DNA of 64,000 nt from Marsupella aquatica (lineage: Eukaryota > Plantae > Marchantiophyta), in NCBI GenBank assembly GCA_973895155.1, contig OZ316898.1, positions 20,533,292-20,597,291 of the forward strand, given 5' to 3'. The translations under genes and the position numbers were made by a program. Below the pieces are notes generated by a model, which saw only the letters and a list, made by a program, of their open reading frames with translations, was not told the origin of the DNA and did no database searches. Below are positions 38,557 to 50,801 of this stretch, one piece after another (position 1 is the stretch's first letter; the number at the start of each line of letters is the position of its first letter).

Positions 38557-40587
38557 ATGGCACGCCACATCGTCTCTGCTTTGCTACTCTGGTACTTGGG
38601 AGGTAATTGGCAGGTAAGATGTGAGAGCAACAGCAACCAAGGAAATTTTGCTTCGGAGCCTTCAGTCTCGGTAGAACGAGATAATTTTGCTGGAAGTTTG
38701 GATGTACCTATCCCAAGCTTACCCCGCACTATACGCAGTGCACCTGCTGCTGTTAATCAGATTTCCCCCGCATATCAAGCGCGCCTTGCTTGTAAGCAAT
38801 TTTCAACCCTTCTGTGCATTGAGCTTTGAATTAGTCTCCTTAGGACCTTTGAAGCATGTCCTTGCAAAGAATTTTGTAATAAGAGGCCTACGGAAGCATG
38901 GTCTGTGTAGCTTCCCATCAATTGGCCGTGAAACATTGGCAGTAACCTCACACTTTTCCGTTTGAGGTTCTCCCATTTCTAGTGCGTTTTGTTCTCCGAG
39001 ACGCAAAATAGAGAATGGAATACACAAAATGCTGGTGGATCGTCACAGTTCTGTATTGCAATTGTTCCCAATTCTGTTTGATTAGGAGTTTCTTGACATT
39101 AATTTTAAAACTACAGTCATTCGCATTAGCGTTCAGGTGGCCCTAGCTAACTTGCGCAGGGAAGACTATGTACATGGTATATTGATACTCGTAGGGTTGA
39201 CTACTTCATCGCAATCGGATTCTACAGTCCTCCTTCAAGTCATAAAAATCTAGCATAGCTTAAATCTGCAGTTGACGATAGCACGTATATATTGTAACTG
39301 GTCTGTATATTAGAGAGTTGATTTAGAAGCTTATGTTGGTATCGTGATTCATTTCTGTTATTTGGCAAAATTAAAATTAGGAAAATGAAGTCATACACTG
39401 ACGGTACTTCAGCCTCGCTACGCACACTACTCACACAACTTGAGGATGGCAGCCCCAGGCGCAGTATCCACCTCGAATTTCAGAGCACCTACATCTGTCT
39501 ACGTTGCAGTTCCCCTTGTCAGCGTTCTTGTTGGCTTGGGCTCAATTTATGCTTACTATAGTTGGAAGAAGAACCTGCTAAAGAACAGAAATTTGAAACT
39601 GGAAAAGGTTGCGGAAAAGAGGCGACGCGTTTCACTTAAGCCGGTATCTACTCGGGGAAACCTGATTTCAAGCTCGACAGCTGAAACCTCCACCACATAG
39701 CTAAATTCTGTGACCTAGATGTGACTCTGATTATTGCTGTCGCTGGATTTGGACGAGCTAGGTTGAGCACTTTAAGTCGTGTAGCGCAAAATGATTCTCT
39801 AGTCACAGTCAAGCATTGTAATTCCTCAAAGCATCACTCTGACTACTAAACATGCATGCACTTCATTGATCGGTTCACAATGTAGGGCTCGACCGAGGCA
39901 ACCAAAATAGCCCTAAAGTATGGACTATATGCGAGGAGTCAGAAGTCAGAGCACGATCCTGCAGCTTTGATCACCTTCTCTTCTACAATTACTGGGTTAG
40001 CTACTGAGCTAGAGATGGTCGATGAAATGGTACTCGACTTCCAAAGCTCTAACGCGGGTGAAGCGATTCCCGAATTCCATAAACTGGCTGTCGACAATGA
40101 TGCCTACAGTGTGACCATCAACCCCTTGTTCAATTCTTTGCAATCTGGAGCTTGCGGCTATGTCCTGAGCAGTGTCAAAAACCCACTTCTACGCTTCACA
40201 GACGAGCGTCTAACGAGTGTCCCGTTGAGGTTGGAGAATTCTGCTTATGTAGCTCTCGATGTAGCTGCTTCTCCTTCTCCTCCTCCTCCTGGAAGTCCAC
40301 AGGATGAGACGGACGACAAAGAGGATGAGACCGAGTATGAAGAGGATGAGGGTGTGACCACCGGCTCTGAAGAGACCTCCACAGCGATCGGTTCTCCCTC
40401 CAGTGGCTCTGAAGAGACCTCCACAGCAATTGGTTCACCGTCCAGCGGCTCTGAAGAGACCTCCACAGCGGTCAGTTCACCTTCGAGTCTAGGTGACGAA
40501 TCAACCTCTGAAACTGATACTTCGGAGAAAGGAAAGAATTCCAAACCTCTCGTTGGTGAAGCAAGCAGCTCTAGAACTCGACGATAG
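38557..40587 (+). CDS. Putative spliced gene for a signal-peptide, single-pass membrane protein with an acidic Ser/Thr-rich tail; function unknown
   Basis: Exon 1 MARHIVSALLLWYLGGNWQVRCES... ends at a GTAAGC donor (~38792). A possible exon starts at acceptor CTACAG (39116). The TM exon reads VYVAVPLVSVLVGLGSIYAYYSW followed by KKNLLK, with donor CCG|GTATCT (39643/39644) joining in frame to acceptor TGTAG|GGC (39886) and the last exon to 40587. The middle junction is unresolved. Confidence 0.5.
40363..40488 (+). repeat. In-frame coding tandem repeat, 3 x 42 bp (GSEETSTA(I/V)(G/S)SPSS)
   Basis: GGCTCTGAAGAGACCTCCACAGC starts at 40363, 40405 and 40447. Unit differences are mostly at third codon positions. 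Confidence 0.9.
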
Positions 40588-42639
40588 CATGGACGACCTT
40601 GAATTGGATTATGAACAATCGTATTACCGTTTCTTTATTTCATATGGTCTAATAGAACAAGTGAACACATCTATAAGTGCGTTGATTGCAATTGTTACAC
40701 CATGCGGGTCAGACGGTTTGTGGCTAGATACATATAGGTTGGACTAATGTCCAAAAGCATGCTCAAATTTTCCTCTCAGGAAGGCTTCAGATTGTGTCGT
40801 AGCTGTCAAAAAGTAGTAAATGATTGCCAAAGAGAACAAAGTTTACAGGAGTTGATACGTGCGGTTGCGGACGTTCTATCTGTGTCTGCTCTGATCTGAA
40901 AGGTGGGGACTTATGGAACTGATCATCTGATCGAGAACGAGATTGTTGGAAGCATCCAGAGTAAGTGAGATTATTTACAGGCAGCGCAATTATCCATGCA
41001 TGATAGCCAATATCGAATTCGAGAAACACTCACAACCTTCTTGGTAGCAATTTGCAGTGCATCGACCAGTCTGAAATGTAGGTCGATATCCAAAAAGTGT
41101 ACGGTAGCTAGCTACATGGAACGAACCCGAAAGTGAAGATATAGGACGCTCTCCTGTCGTCAGCAGGAGAGGGCGCTGTGTAGCGGGTGAGGGTTCGCTT
41201 TATAGCTACAGTTGAACGGAAAAGTGCATTCCGTGCGCTTTTCTTTGAAGCTGGTTTTTTGTGTGTCGTCTGATTGAAGCCGAAGGCCTTTTGTACACGG
41301 ACCGTTGGTGTACCTTACTCGAGTGGTCAGGTTCTTTGAAACTTCGCCAACGCCAGTGGAAAATTAGATGAATATTCTCACATTCACACCAATTGATAAG
41401 ATTGCTAGTGCCATTGATTGTGTATGGAATGTACTTGAAGAAATTATATTTCGGAGTTGGTCCAGAAGTGCAATCGATGATGGTGATCCGGATCCTGATC
41501 CGGAGGAAGCGTGGATAATAAGCACTACGTACCGAGTGGCCGATCTGGTCAGATATCTTATCAGCTAAGTTGGACACATTCAATATGACGTTATCATATC
41601 AGTTTTCTGCATGATAGCAGTGTGCGACGATCGTTATTTAATCCATAGTTGGAGGGATTATAAGTTTTTCTTGGTCGGGGTACTTTACCAGTGTCGATGC
41701 AGACTTCTGAGTTGTGAAATGAGGTCGAAATCTGGCTGGACGAGGCAACTCAAATTAGGAGCGAGAGGCCGGAAAGGTCGAGTCGAAGAATCACGGAGAG
41801 AGTGAGAGACTTCAGGCACCTTTAGTCTCGGGTGTCCTTGAATCCCTGCACACAATATTCTTTCAGCACAAAGTTGTCCTATGTGTTGAAGGGAGGTTAG
41901 TCAATGTGCGTCAAGCTGAACGGTGGATGCAATATGGGGCCATACAATCAGTAACACTCACATGACCTCGAGAGATCTAAACCGCTGGCTAAATCCAAAC
42001 TCTACGAGGTATTGATAGTCGATTGTAATCCAGGGCAGACTGGGAAACCACTGATGGCTTCCTTGCCATTAAAATTAGCGGGATACATGTCATGGAGGAT
42101 CGAGCAAATCAGGCTAATCTGGTAGCCAAATCAGTTCACACTGAAGACCGACAGGTGGCGGCTAACGAATACCACTAAAAAATGTTGACCCTGAAAACCC
42201 TTAGACTTTATGCATTGGGTTACACTCAAAATTTTCACCCTGAAGAACAATTTGACTTTAAGCATTTGGTTACACATTAAGACAAAGGGGAATGGATTCC
42301 AATTTTTCGCTTTCTGACCCTTGGCCAGAAAGATAGTCAGACGCAATCTAGGTCCAGGTACGGTACTGATAAGCATCGTACGATTTTGCTTTTGCACACC
42401 ACGATTATCAGGTGGCCAACCTCGATTGATTTCTAAATCATCCTAGCTACTCAGGTGAAAAAGATCCCTATCGAGATCATTGATAAATAACCAATGTGTT
42501 TTCGCCGATGTTTCTCGCCTACGCAAGCCCGGAAATTGTGATGTTGTTACTGGGGTTCTGAATAGAGACAGGAATTAATGCGCCAACTGGGGAGGGGAAA
42601 CTTCAGCTCTCAGTTACATAGCGAATCATGGCATGGAAA

Positions 42640-43840
42640 TACCCATCAAACCACAATCCTGTCATGGTGGATTGTACTGATAATAGTGCTTTCCCTTCTC
42701 GCTATAAGATGAATCAAGCTCATTTCGGGCACAAATACAGGGGTTCTCGCTATAAGATGAATCAAGCTCATTTCGGCACAATTACAGGGGCCAAATGATT
42801 GAGCTCATAGTGAAGGAGGCGGTTAAACTGGAACGGAAGCAAATTCCTCCTTATAAGAGACTTGAAAGGTTTGTCAAAAGGATCACAAACTTTGCAAGAT
42901 GTTGGGGGAAGAGAGGAGCTCTGACTTGCTAGATCGTTGAAGGAAAAAGCGATCCACCTGATAAACGCTGAACCTGATAATCGATTAACCTGCAGATTCG
43001 AAGACATGGATCGTTGAAGGAAAAAGCGATCCATCTGAGAAACGCTGAACCTGCAGATTCGAAGACGTGGATCGTTGAAGGAAAAAGCGATCCACCTGAT
43101 AATCGATTAACCTGCAGATTCGAAGACGTGGATCGTTGAAGGAAAAAGCGCTGAAAGCAAGATATGCTATCGCTCAAGTTTAAGTGGAGAACGATTCACA
43201 GTCTTCGAATCTGCAAGCACCGATGGGGAAGAACAACTGCAGCAACTTGATGATGCAAAGATTAGATGGGTCCAAGAAACTTTGCGCATGGCATGTATTT
43301 CTGAAAGGAGAGAAAGGGAACAACATGCAGTTCTCCTCTTAAATTAAATTTAAAGTTTCAGCCATTCACTCGAAGGGTCTGAAAGACCATACCGGCCCGC
43401 ATACCTGGACAGTCAGGAAGAAATGGGAAGACATAGCTGGAATAGCTACTGAATTCTATTCAAACCTTTGGTCTTGGAAGGATAGGCTCTCGATCGGAAG
43501 CTGAACTTAGGGAGGTGCTTGACAAAGTTAACATGGGGATTTCAGAAGAAGACCGACGGTCATTGGAGGCGGACGTCTCGTAGGATGAAATACTTGCAGC
43601 GCTCTGGGCAGCAGCAAGGCTCCGCGCCATGGTGGATTCCCTGCTAAATTCTACGTCGAGTTTTGGAAGCAGATGGGACCATTGTGACTGCTGGTGCTTC
43701 AGTTCGATGAGAGGAAGAAAACATGGAAGAGTTAACTTTCTGAAAGGGTTAATTGTTTTACTCACGAAGAAAGGAGACCCTTTGTTAGGAGACAATAAGT
43801 GACCTATTTCTTTAATGAATGTATCATGTACCACAGCTTA
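42640..43840 (+). mobile_element. Degraded LINE ORF2 fragment (end of APE endonuclease to start of RT)
   Basis: SNHNPVMV (SDH.P motif) at ~42646, EEDRRSLEADVS*DEILAAL, APRHGGFPAKFYVEFWKQMGPL (KAPGPDG..FY..FW) and GLIVLLTKKGDPLLGDNK*PISLMNVS, with stops and frameshifts. Confidence 0.75.
42932..43150. repeat. Tandem array of ~61-77 bp units (4 starts) inside the LINE fragment
   Basis: GATCGTTGAAGGAAAAAGCG at 42932, 43009, 43070 and 43131, with ACCTGCAGATTCGAAGAC in each full unit. Confidence 0.9.
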
Positions 43841-43996
43841 GGTTTTCACCATACGTTGCTGCTCACATTTAACGAAATGGTTCACCAGGAGATGAACGAC
43901 AGGAGATGAACGACTGGTCATTCAGTTTTATATTTTGCTTAAGTTAGACATCGTCAAGGTCTTTGATAGTGTAGATTGGTTTTTTATGGAAAAATA

Positions 43997-44001
<5 letters not shown>

Positions 44002-44031
<30 letters not shown>
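44002..44031. repeat. (TA)n microsatellite
   Basis: About 15 TA units. Confidence 0.95.
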
Positions 44032-44034
<3 letters not shown>

Positions 44035-44203
44035 GATGGGTTTTGGTGAGTTTGGCAGTTGGGGGCTAGAGTTCACTCCTTTCATTATGACTCATTCATG
44101 AAAAATAGTGTATTGCATGACAATGAAAATGGATTGCCAATTTGCTACACACAAGTGATACGTGTATTCTTCCTGATATTATATTTAAAATAGAAATATT
44201 GAT

Positions 44204-44376
44204 GCACAAAGAGACATGACTTTGTGGTAGCTCACTTGAGTAGAGACTGATAGGTATTGGGTTTAACTTTTGTGACTGACACTTCCTGACTTTTGTGGCG
44301 GACATTTCCTGACTTTTGTGGCTGACTCGTCCCTTTCTGTGGGGTTTCACACATTTCCCCTTTAAAAAAAGGAAAA
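44204..44376 (+). mobile_element. tRNA-derived SINE, copy 2, with 17-bp TSD
   Basis: Flanked by AAAATAGAAATATTGAT at 44187-44203 and 44377-44393, preceded by TTT (TT|AAAA-type target). It has an A-rich tail, degenerate A/B boxes and an internal triplication of ~23 bp (GACTTTTGTGGC.GACA.TTCCT), and is homologous to 21351-21478. Confidence 0.85.
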
Positions 44377-44448
44377 AAAATAGAAATATTGATGACTTTC
44401 CTGTGTCCCTCGCACCCCAGCCCATGCCTCAGTCATCATAAACCAACT

Positions 44449-44625
44449 GGCTTAGGTCAGTTGGCTAGGGTATTAGCTTGAAACTGAAAGGTTATAGCTA
44501 GGTTCAATCCCCCTTCACATACACTTAGGGATATGGAGGGTATATGTGCGTGGGTGGGATGGGTTTTGTGAGTAGTGGATGGGAGTTCTCATTACCTCCT
44601 CAGCCCCTAGTTGCCCTTAATTAAT
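44449..44625 (+). mobile_element. Second, different tRNA-derived SINE or tRNA pseudogene
   Basis: GGCTTAGGTCAGTTGGCTAG (A-box/D-arm like) and AGGTTCAATCCC (B-box/T-arm like) at tRNA-like spacing. The 3' boundary is uncertain and no TSD was identified. Confidence 0.45.
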
Positions 44626-44651
44626 CTCTCCCTCCTGGTACAGGTCCCTGT

Positions 44652-45074
44652 TGGCTCACCCTGAATTGGTTCCTACAAACAACAAATGTCACTATTGGGG
44701 TGAGGAGAGTCTACTAGCAAGTGTTCTTCTTCATTTCATTTCAAGACAAAAAAACAGCACTCAGTCATAAAGACAATGAGTGAATCTTTCTGACTGAGTC
44801 TTGAGGCAATTAAGCACAACCAGCAGCAATCTTGAGGCAAATCAATGCTCCTATTAGTACTAATTTGGGCTGGCTCACCCTGAAATGGGTTCTTACAAAA
44901 AATCAATGTCACTATTGGGGTGGGGAGAGTCTTCTAATTAAGTGTTCTTCTTCATTTCCTTTCAAGACAAAAAAAATACTCAGTCATAAAGACAATGAGT
45001 GAATCTTTATGTCTGAGTCTTGAGGCAATTAAGCACAACCAGCAACAATCTTGAGGCAAATCAATGCTCCTATT
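44652..45074. repeat. Direct repeat, 2 x ~204 bp (period ~219 bp)
   Basis: TGGCTCACCCTGAA...GTCTTGAGGCAATTAAGCACAACCAGCA.CAATCTTGAGGCAAATCAATGCTCCTATT at 44652-44855 and 44871-45074. Confidence 0.9.
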
Positions 45075-47271
45075 CTTACTAATGCGGGCTGGAAACCATT
45101 GGGGCAGTTTTTGCCGCCATGATGCCCTTTTAGAACCAGCCCAGGCAAACAATGGCCCAGACACCCTGGACAGTGCCATCTGCCCTGCGATTGTCCTTAG
45201 CTTGTCTGTCACCCATTGCATTGCACCCGTTGCTAGATATTACTTGAGTCCACACAGCCCGGTTGGGAGCCATAGCATCAGCCCATCTCAAACTGCCGCA
45301 AACAATCCTAATTGGCCAAATCCACCTGTCAACATATTGACGGGCGTATCGATTATTTCAAAGTCATATGCTAAATCTGCTCTATTTTGCACATTTTAAA
45401 AAATCCAATACACGGACATGCATCGAGCCTTGAGGTGTGTATTTTTCCCGATTGCGTTTTGTCATTTAGGGTGGACAACACAAGAGGATAGGGTGAGAGG
45501 AAAGTTCAGATGAGTACCATTGTTGCCCAAAGAAATTGCAACATAGTTCCATACTTTGCAACAAGATCTAACAAAGTCATATTTGCTGAAGGTGCATTGA
45601 ATGAGCAAACGGTTGACATGGACATTTAGACTCAATTTCAGGCAAGTCTTGAAATCATCAATTGGTGATCTTTGCCGGAGAGGAAACCTAGTGCCAGATC
45701 TAATGTTTGTCATTGAATGTTGTAGAATGACTGATAACATATACTGCATCTCCAGGTCTTAAACCGAATCAAAAATCAAGTTGTGGGACTTGTATCCACC
45801 TTCACAATCTCCAAATGTTAGGTGTGCAACCCAACTAGCAAGAGCGTCTATTTGTGAGGACCTGTGTTGAGTTGTGTATTGATTATCATCTCTAGAAAAC
45901 AATGTTTGCTGGGCGTGATGCTACTCCATTTGCAAAAACATCAAAAAGTGCCTCGATCATAAATATCTTTTACTTAGTTCCTTGAATTAATACGTTCATT
46001 ATGTGCTCCAATTGCCTGTGTCACGAGTGTGAACTTGTTTAAAAATGTTGAGATCACATTCATTTTGGCCCAGATCCAATAATGTGTCGAGACAACACTC
46101 TAGGAACAAGTTTACCACTATCATTTGGCCTGGCTGTCGTGAACCTTGTCCTCAACATTAATCCACATTCTTTTGATCTAAGTCTCTACTTCTTCTTGTT
46201 TGGGTTTCATCTTTCTTAAACAACTTCAGGTGGTCCTAGTTGAGATGTACCTACAGTCATATTCCCCTCAACTATAATGTGTAGGCAGCTACGTACACAG
46301 ATGACCAAGTATTAAAAAATAATTTCAAAGAAAGAGGATGTAGTAAACAAAGATTGGGGTTGTCCTTATTTGGATCAGACCACGTAATCTATCCACAACT
46401 CTTCAAAGATAAGTGAAATGGAAAGGTTTTGTCAAAGAACAGATCACACCAGCCGTCATACATAGCAGAAAATTGTTAGTTGTCATTTTTTGCATGAAAA
46501 TCGTGCATTAATTAATTTGTATAGTGCTATGTTGCATGAAAAGTGCATACTAGATTATAAAGTCAAAGAATGGATTAAAGACAACAAGAAGACAAACTTT
46601 CTTGGGAACTGAAAGTTCACTTAGGGCACCAAAAAAAACTTCTGGAAAAGGGGCAAATATGTTCAATGTGAAACGGATCCTGATTGAATTGTTTTCTTCA
46701 CGTTTCCCTTGTAGGCTTTCTGGAATCTTCTCAATTCCCCCAGCCATAGATGTTCTTGGTTGGCCCCACCATAGATGTTCTTGGTTGGCCCCACTGTAAT
46801 CCAAGTAGTATCCTCGTTGCTTAAATTTGATTCTCTAGAATCTACTATGGCTTAGTCCTCTCTTTGCTCAGCTCGCCCTAGATATGCTCATTTTTGTTTT
46901 TATTTGCTTTGAAAGCCAAAAAGTAGACCCATTTAACAGAGGATATAATTATACATACTTTGGAGTATGCACCCCTGTAGGCTAGCCCACAAGGGGGGAC
47001 AATACCCAGGGATCTTACAGGGACCATACCAGAAAGAAAAGAGGGTTACCAGGACCACAAGGCCACCAGCCAGAGGCCGAGGAGAAAGCAGCACTCCCAC
47101 CACTACACCCCATTATACCCACCCTTCATGTCCTCAATCCCCGTAGCCATGGAGTGTCTCACTTGGCACCACTCTAGTCCAAAATAGTCTTGCTTTGATG
47201 CATTTCTTCTAGAATGTGCTACTGTGGTCCTTTCCAATCCCCTTAGCCCTTATGAATCCCCTTATGAATAT

Positions 47272-47272
<1 letters not shown>

Positions 47273-47323
<51 letters not shown>
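47273..47323. repeat. (CT)n microsatellite
   Basis: About 25 CT units. Confidence 0.95.
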
Positions 47324-47326
<3 letters not shown>

Positions 47327-50300
47327 GACCCATTCCAAGATCATGGCATGATAAAAACTAGGACAAGTAGGAAATAATAAAAAGTATTATATAAAGACAA
47401 ATCAGCTACCCAAATTGTATCTATACCAAGATAACACACAAAAAAACCATTATTAGCATAACACAACCAAAATGTATCCAAGCACTAAAGTATATATACA
47501 CATCTAAACTCATATCATCTATATGGGATAACTGGACCGTTTGATCAAGATACCCTAAAAAAGGATGACTCACTAGAGACTAAGAATTGACCCCCCACCA
47601 CTCCTCACACATATATTTTCTTTGGCAACACAAGCACACGCACTATACACTTGTCTCCTTTACTTGATGTGTCACCAGCAAACACTGCGCAACTCTCTAG
47701 GCTTTGTTAGTCCTCTATTATTCTCTGCAAAACTGTGCACAATACCACACGCTCCATAGCTCCTCCTTGTTTGATGCTCTGCACTTTGGGATCTGCACAA
47801 TACCTAGTGATTACTTATTGTGGCACATTCTACTGCACAATGCTTCACTGCTACATACTGCATCTGGGGTAAAGCAACCACCAGATATGGCCAGAGCTAG
47901 CTCAGCAGGTATGGCAATCTACATTTACCAATATCTAGAAGGTTTTTTCAGAATTTTTTGCTAGCTTGCAATTACTATGTGTCTCCCCGTTGCTGCTGTG
48001 GCTGGAAGAAGCAGAAACACATAACTTGATTCCTTTTTTTCAGAAGGAGTCCCCTTAAGGACGGGGCTGAATGAAGACCTTAAGGGTGTAATACAGGATG
48101 TCAACTGTATTGTAATTCCAGTTGAAGGTATTTGACATGACATTTTTTGACACAGTGACATGTCTGGACTGCACAAAACTAGAATGATTCTCAATGAATC
48201 ATTTATAAGGTTTTTTCACATTAACTTGTCGATTATCTTAGGTATTGATACTAATACTCTGTTTTTCTGTGGGTTTTGGTTACATAAAGCAAGTTATAGA
48301 CTTTCACTAACCTACACATTGTAGTCTATATGCTATGATATATGACATTTTAGAAAATGTTTGATACTGTATGTGTAGCATTTCAGGCACCAAACAGTGA
48401 TATCTTACGGTACAGCCCAATCTTATTTGGATATTTGAGTCATACAATCACAAATCTGTACTGTTCATGCCCCTTATGCACAGTTTTAAAGTAGTACTTT
48501 ATAAGAATCTCTTTTTACATCCACTAACACATTGATGCTAGTGATGTGATGTCCACACTTCACTCCATTCTCCATCTGTGAGGACCTCCGCCCAGATCCG
48601 GTTCAGACGAGCAGTATCAGTGCCTTTTGGGCGCAAAAACTCATAGGCACGAACATTTGTTAATCCAAAGCGATTAGTTCCAACCGCCTGGTCCAGCCAA
48701 AGCCATTGTCGTGCAAGAGGCAATGTTCCAATGCCGCCAAAGGGAGTTCCACGAATGACTACCGCCAAAGAGAGACAGAGAGCTAGCCCTGCAAGGAGAT
48801 GTAAGGCCTCTCAACCGTTGTAGTCGTGATTCAACATTCATCCATGTGCCATCAGCAGCAGACCAGAAATCACCGATTTTTCTTATGCCAAGCTTACCAA
48901 ACGTTCTGGTTAACTCCATAATCACAGAGTCAGGTAGCTCATAGAATCCCTGTAAGCAGCGGACAGTATCTTCAAATCCCCAATGGCCAGGGATTGGGTC
49001 AGAATTAGTAGGGTAGAAGATCAAGTGTTCTCTCAACTGTTCCCAGGCACTCCACAATTGGCTAGTATATGACAATCTCCCAAAGCTACAAGGGGTGCTA
49101 AGAAGCAACTTGTCAGTCATGGAGTACACATTCCTGCAAACAATCTTGTAATTCCGCCATTTCGTCAATCGAAGATTTTCAGAGAACATGCAAGCCCATT
49201 CAGAGTCGGGGCAATCCAAAGCTCCGGTGAACCATTTACTCAAAAGGGCATCCGAGTGACTTTTGAGGTCCTTCAATCCGAGACCACCATCCAGCTTGGG
49301 TCGAGTCATCTTGTCCCAAGCCACAAGAGGGATTCGTTTCCCCCCCAACGGGTTGGAGCCCCACAGAAAAATCCTGTTTAAAGCAATCAACTTTTTAGTC
49401 AAGGTAATAGGTGAAAGTAGAAACATCATGTAATAAACCGGTATGGCCTGAAGCACGTGCTTGATTAACAACAGGCGACCTGTGAAAGAGAGGAAGCGAG
49501 TAGACCAGGATGCTAGCCGTGCACTGATCCGATCCAAGCAGAAAGATTAGAACCAAAAGGGGCACCTAAGTATTTTTGCACAGTGCTTGCAGCGCTAATT
49601 GTACACCCCGTTTCGTGTAGCCAGTCAGGGATCTCATCAATTGCCAAAGGTATAATGATAGATTTGCCCAGGTGGAGTTTAGCGCTAGTTGCACATTCGT
49701 AGCAAGTGATCGATGGTGTTTCTAGCCTGTGTAAACGCAATCTTCGTGGCAGGAATAAAAACGCCTAGATCATCGGCAAAAAGTCTAAAACAAATAGTTA
49801 AAGAGGAAGAGATTTGTAGTCCATGGAGTCGACCAGCTGCAATTTCCGCATGGCAAAAGTCCATCAATGGTTGGGTGGAGATAGCGAACAGAAGAGGAGA
49901 AAGGGGGCAGCCTTGGCGAACTCCCCTGCACATCTTAATATCATCAGTCCAAAGTCCGTTGACCAGAACTTTAGAAAAGGAATTACTTAGCAGAGATCGA
50001 ACTAAGAATATGTAATGTGAGCTCAGGCCCAAAAGATTCATAGTTTCCCAGATATAGAGATGATCGACCCTGTCAAAAGCTTTCTCAAAGTCAAGTTGCA
50101 AAAAGAGAGACGGAGTCTGCGTGAATTCAATCCAGTCGTGTGTCATCCATGTTAGTGAGATATTTTCCAGTATATCACGTCCGGGAATGAAGCCTGTTTG
50201 CTGCGGACTAATCATTCGGGGCAGCAGCACCTTCAATCGCAGGGCAAGTAGCTTCGCCAAAATCTTGTATGTGGTCGTTAGCATGGTCAGCGGCCTCCAG

Positions 50301-50695
50301 TCGCACAAACAATGCTTGTCAGTCTTCTTGTGACGCTGCTGGTACGGCGGGTAATGAGTAATTTGGTCTAACTGTGCTTAGCATGCGCGTTAGGGATATC
50401 TTAGGCCGTTATTATTAGCATAACGACAGTATTTAGGTAGCCATTATGAGTAGAAAATCATTAGTCAATAAGAGGAATTCATGTTCGGGCTGGCAGCGGG
50501 TCGCCATTCGCACGCCCGGGTTGCGAGCGTGTAATGGTCCCTTTTTCCCCTCCCTCAGGTTTGTATAACGAACTCCGGGAGGCGGCCACTGACACGAGCT
50601 GACCCGGACTGGAGAAGGGGCCGGTACATTGCGAGCGTGAAAGGATCGACCTATAAGCGACGAGGAGGCGTCGGGCAATCGACAAGCTCTCAAGG

Positions 50696-50704
50696 TATAA
50701 AAGG
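50696..50704 (+). promoter_or_regulatory. TATA box (TATAAAAGG) inside the insert, ~100 bp upstream of ATG 50802
   Basis: Canonical TATA followed by a pyrimidine-rich leader and then the ATG. Confidence 0.55.
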
Positions 50705-50801
50705 GGGGCCGATCCTTTGCAGTGCACCAGCTCTTCAGTCCACGCGCCAGCTTCGATCCCAACTCTCTCGCTTTTCCTTAGTCACCTGCTATCTCCTTTG
50801 A

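Noticed and set aside
37460-38560. Possible degraded minus-strand LINE RT remnant (RLLNANLYRII)
   Set aside because: Core motifs (KAFD, QG.PLS, ADD) could not be read.
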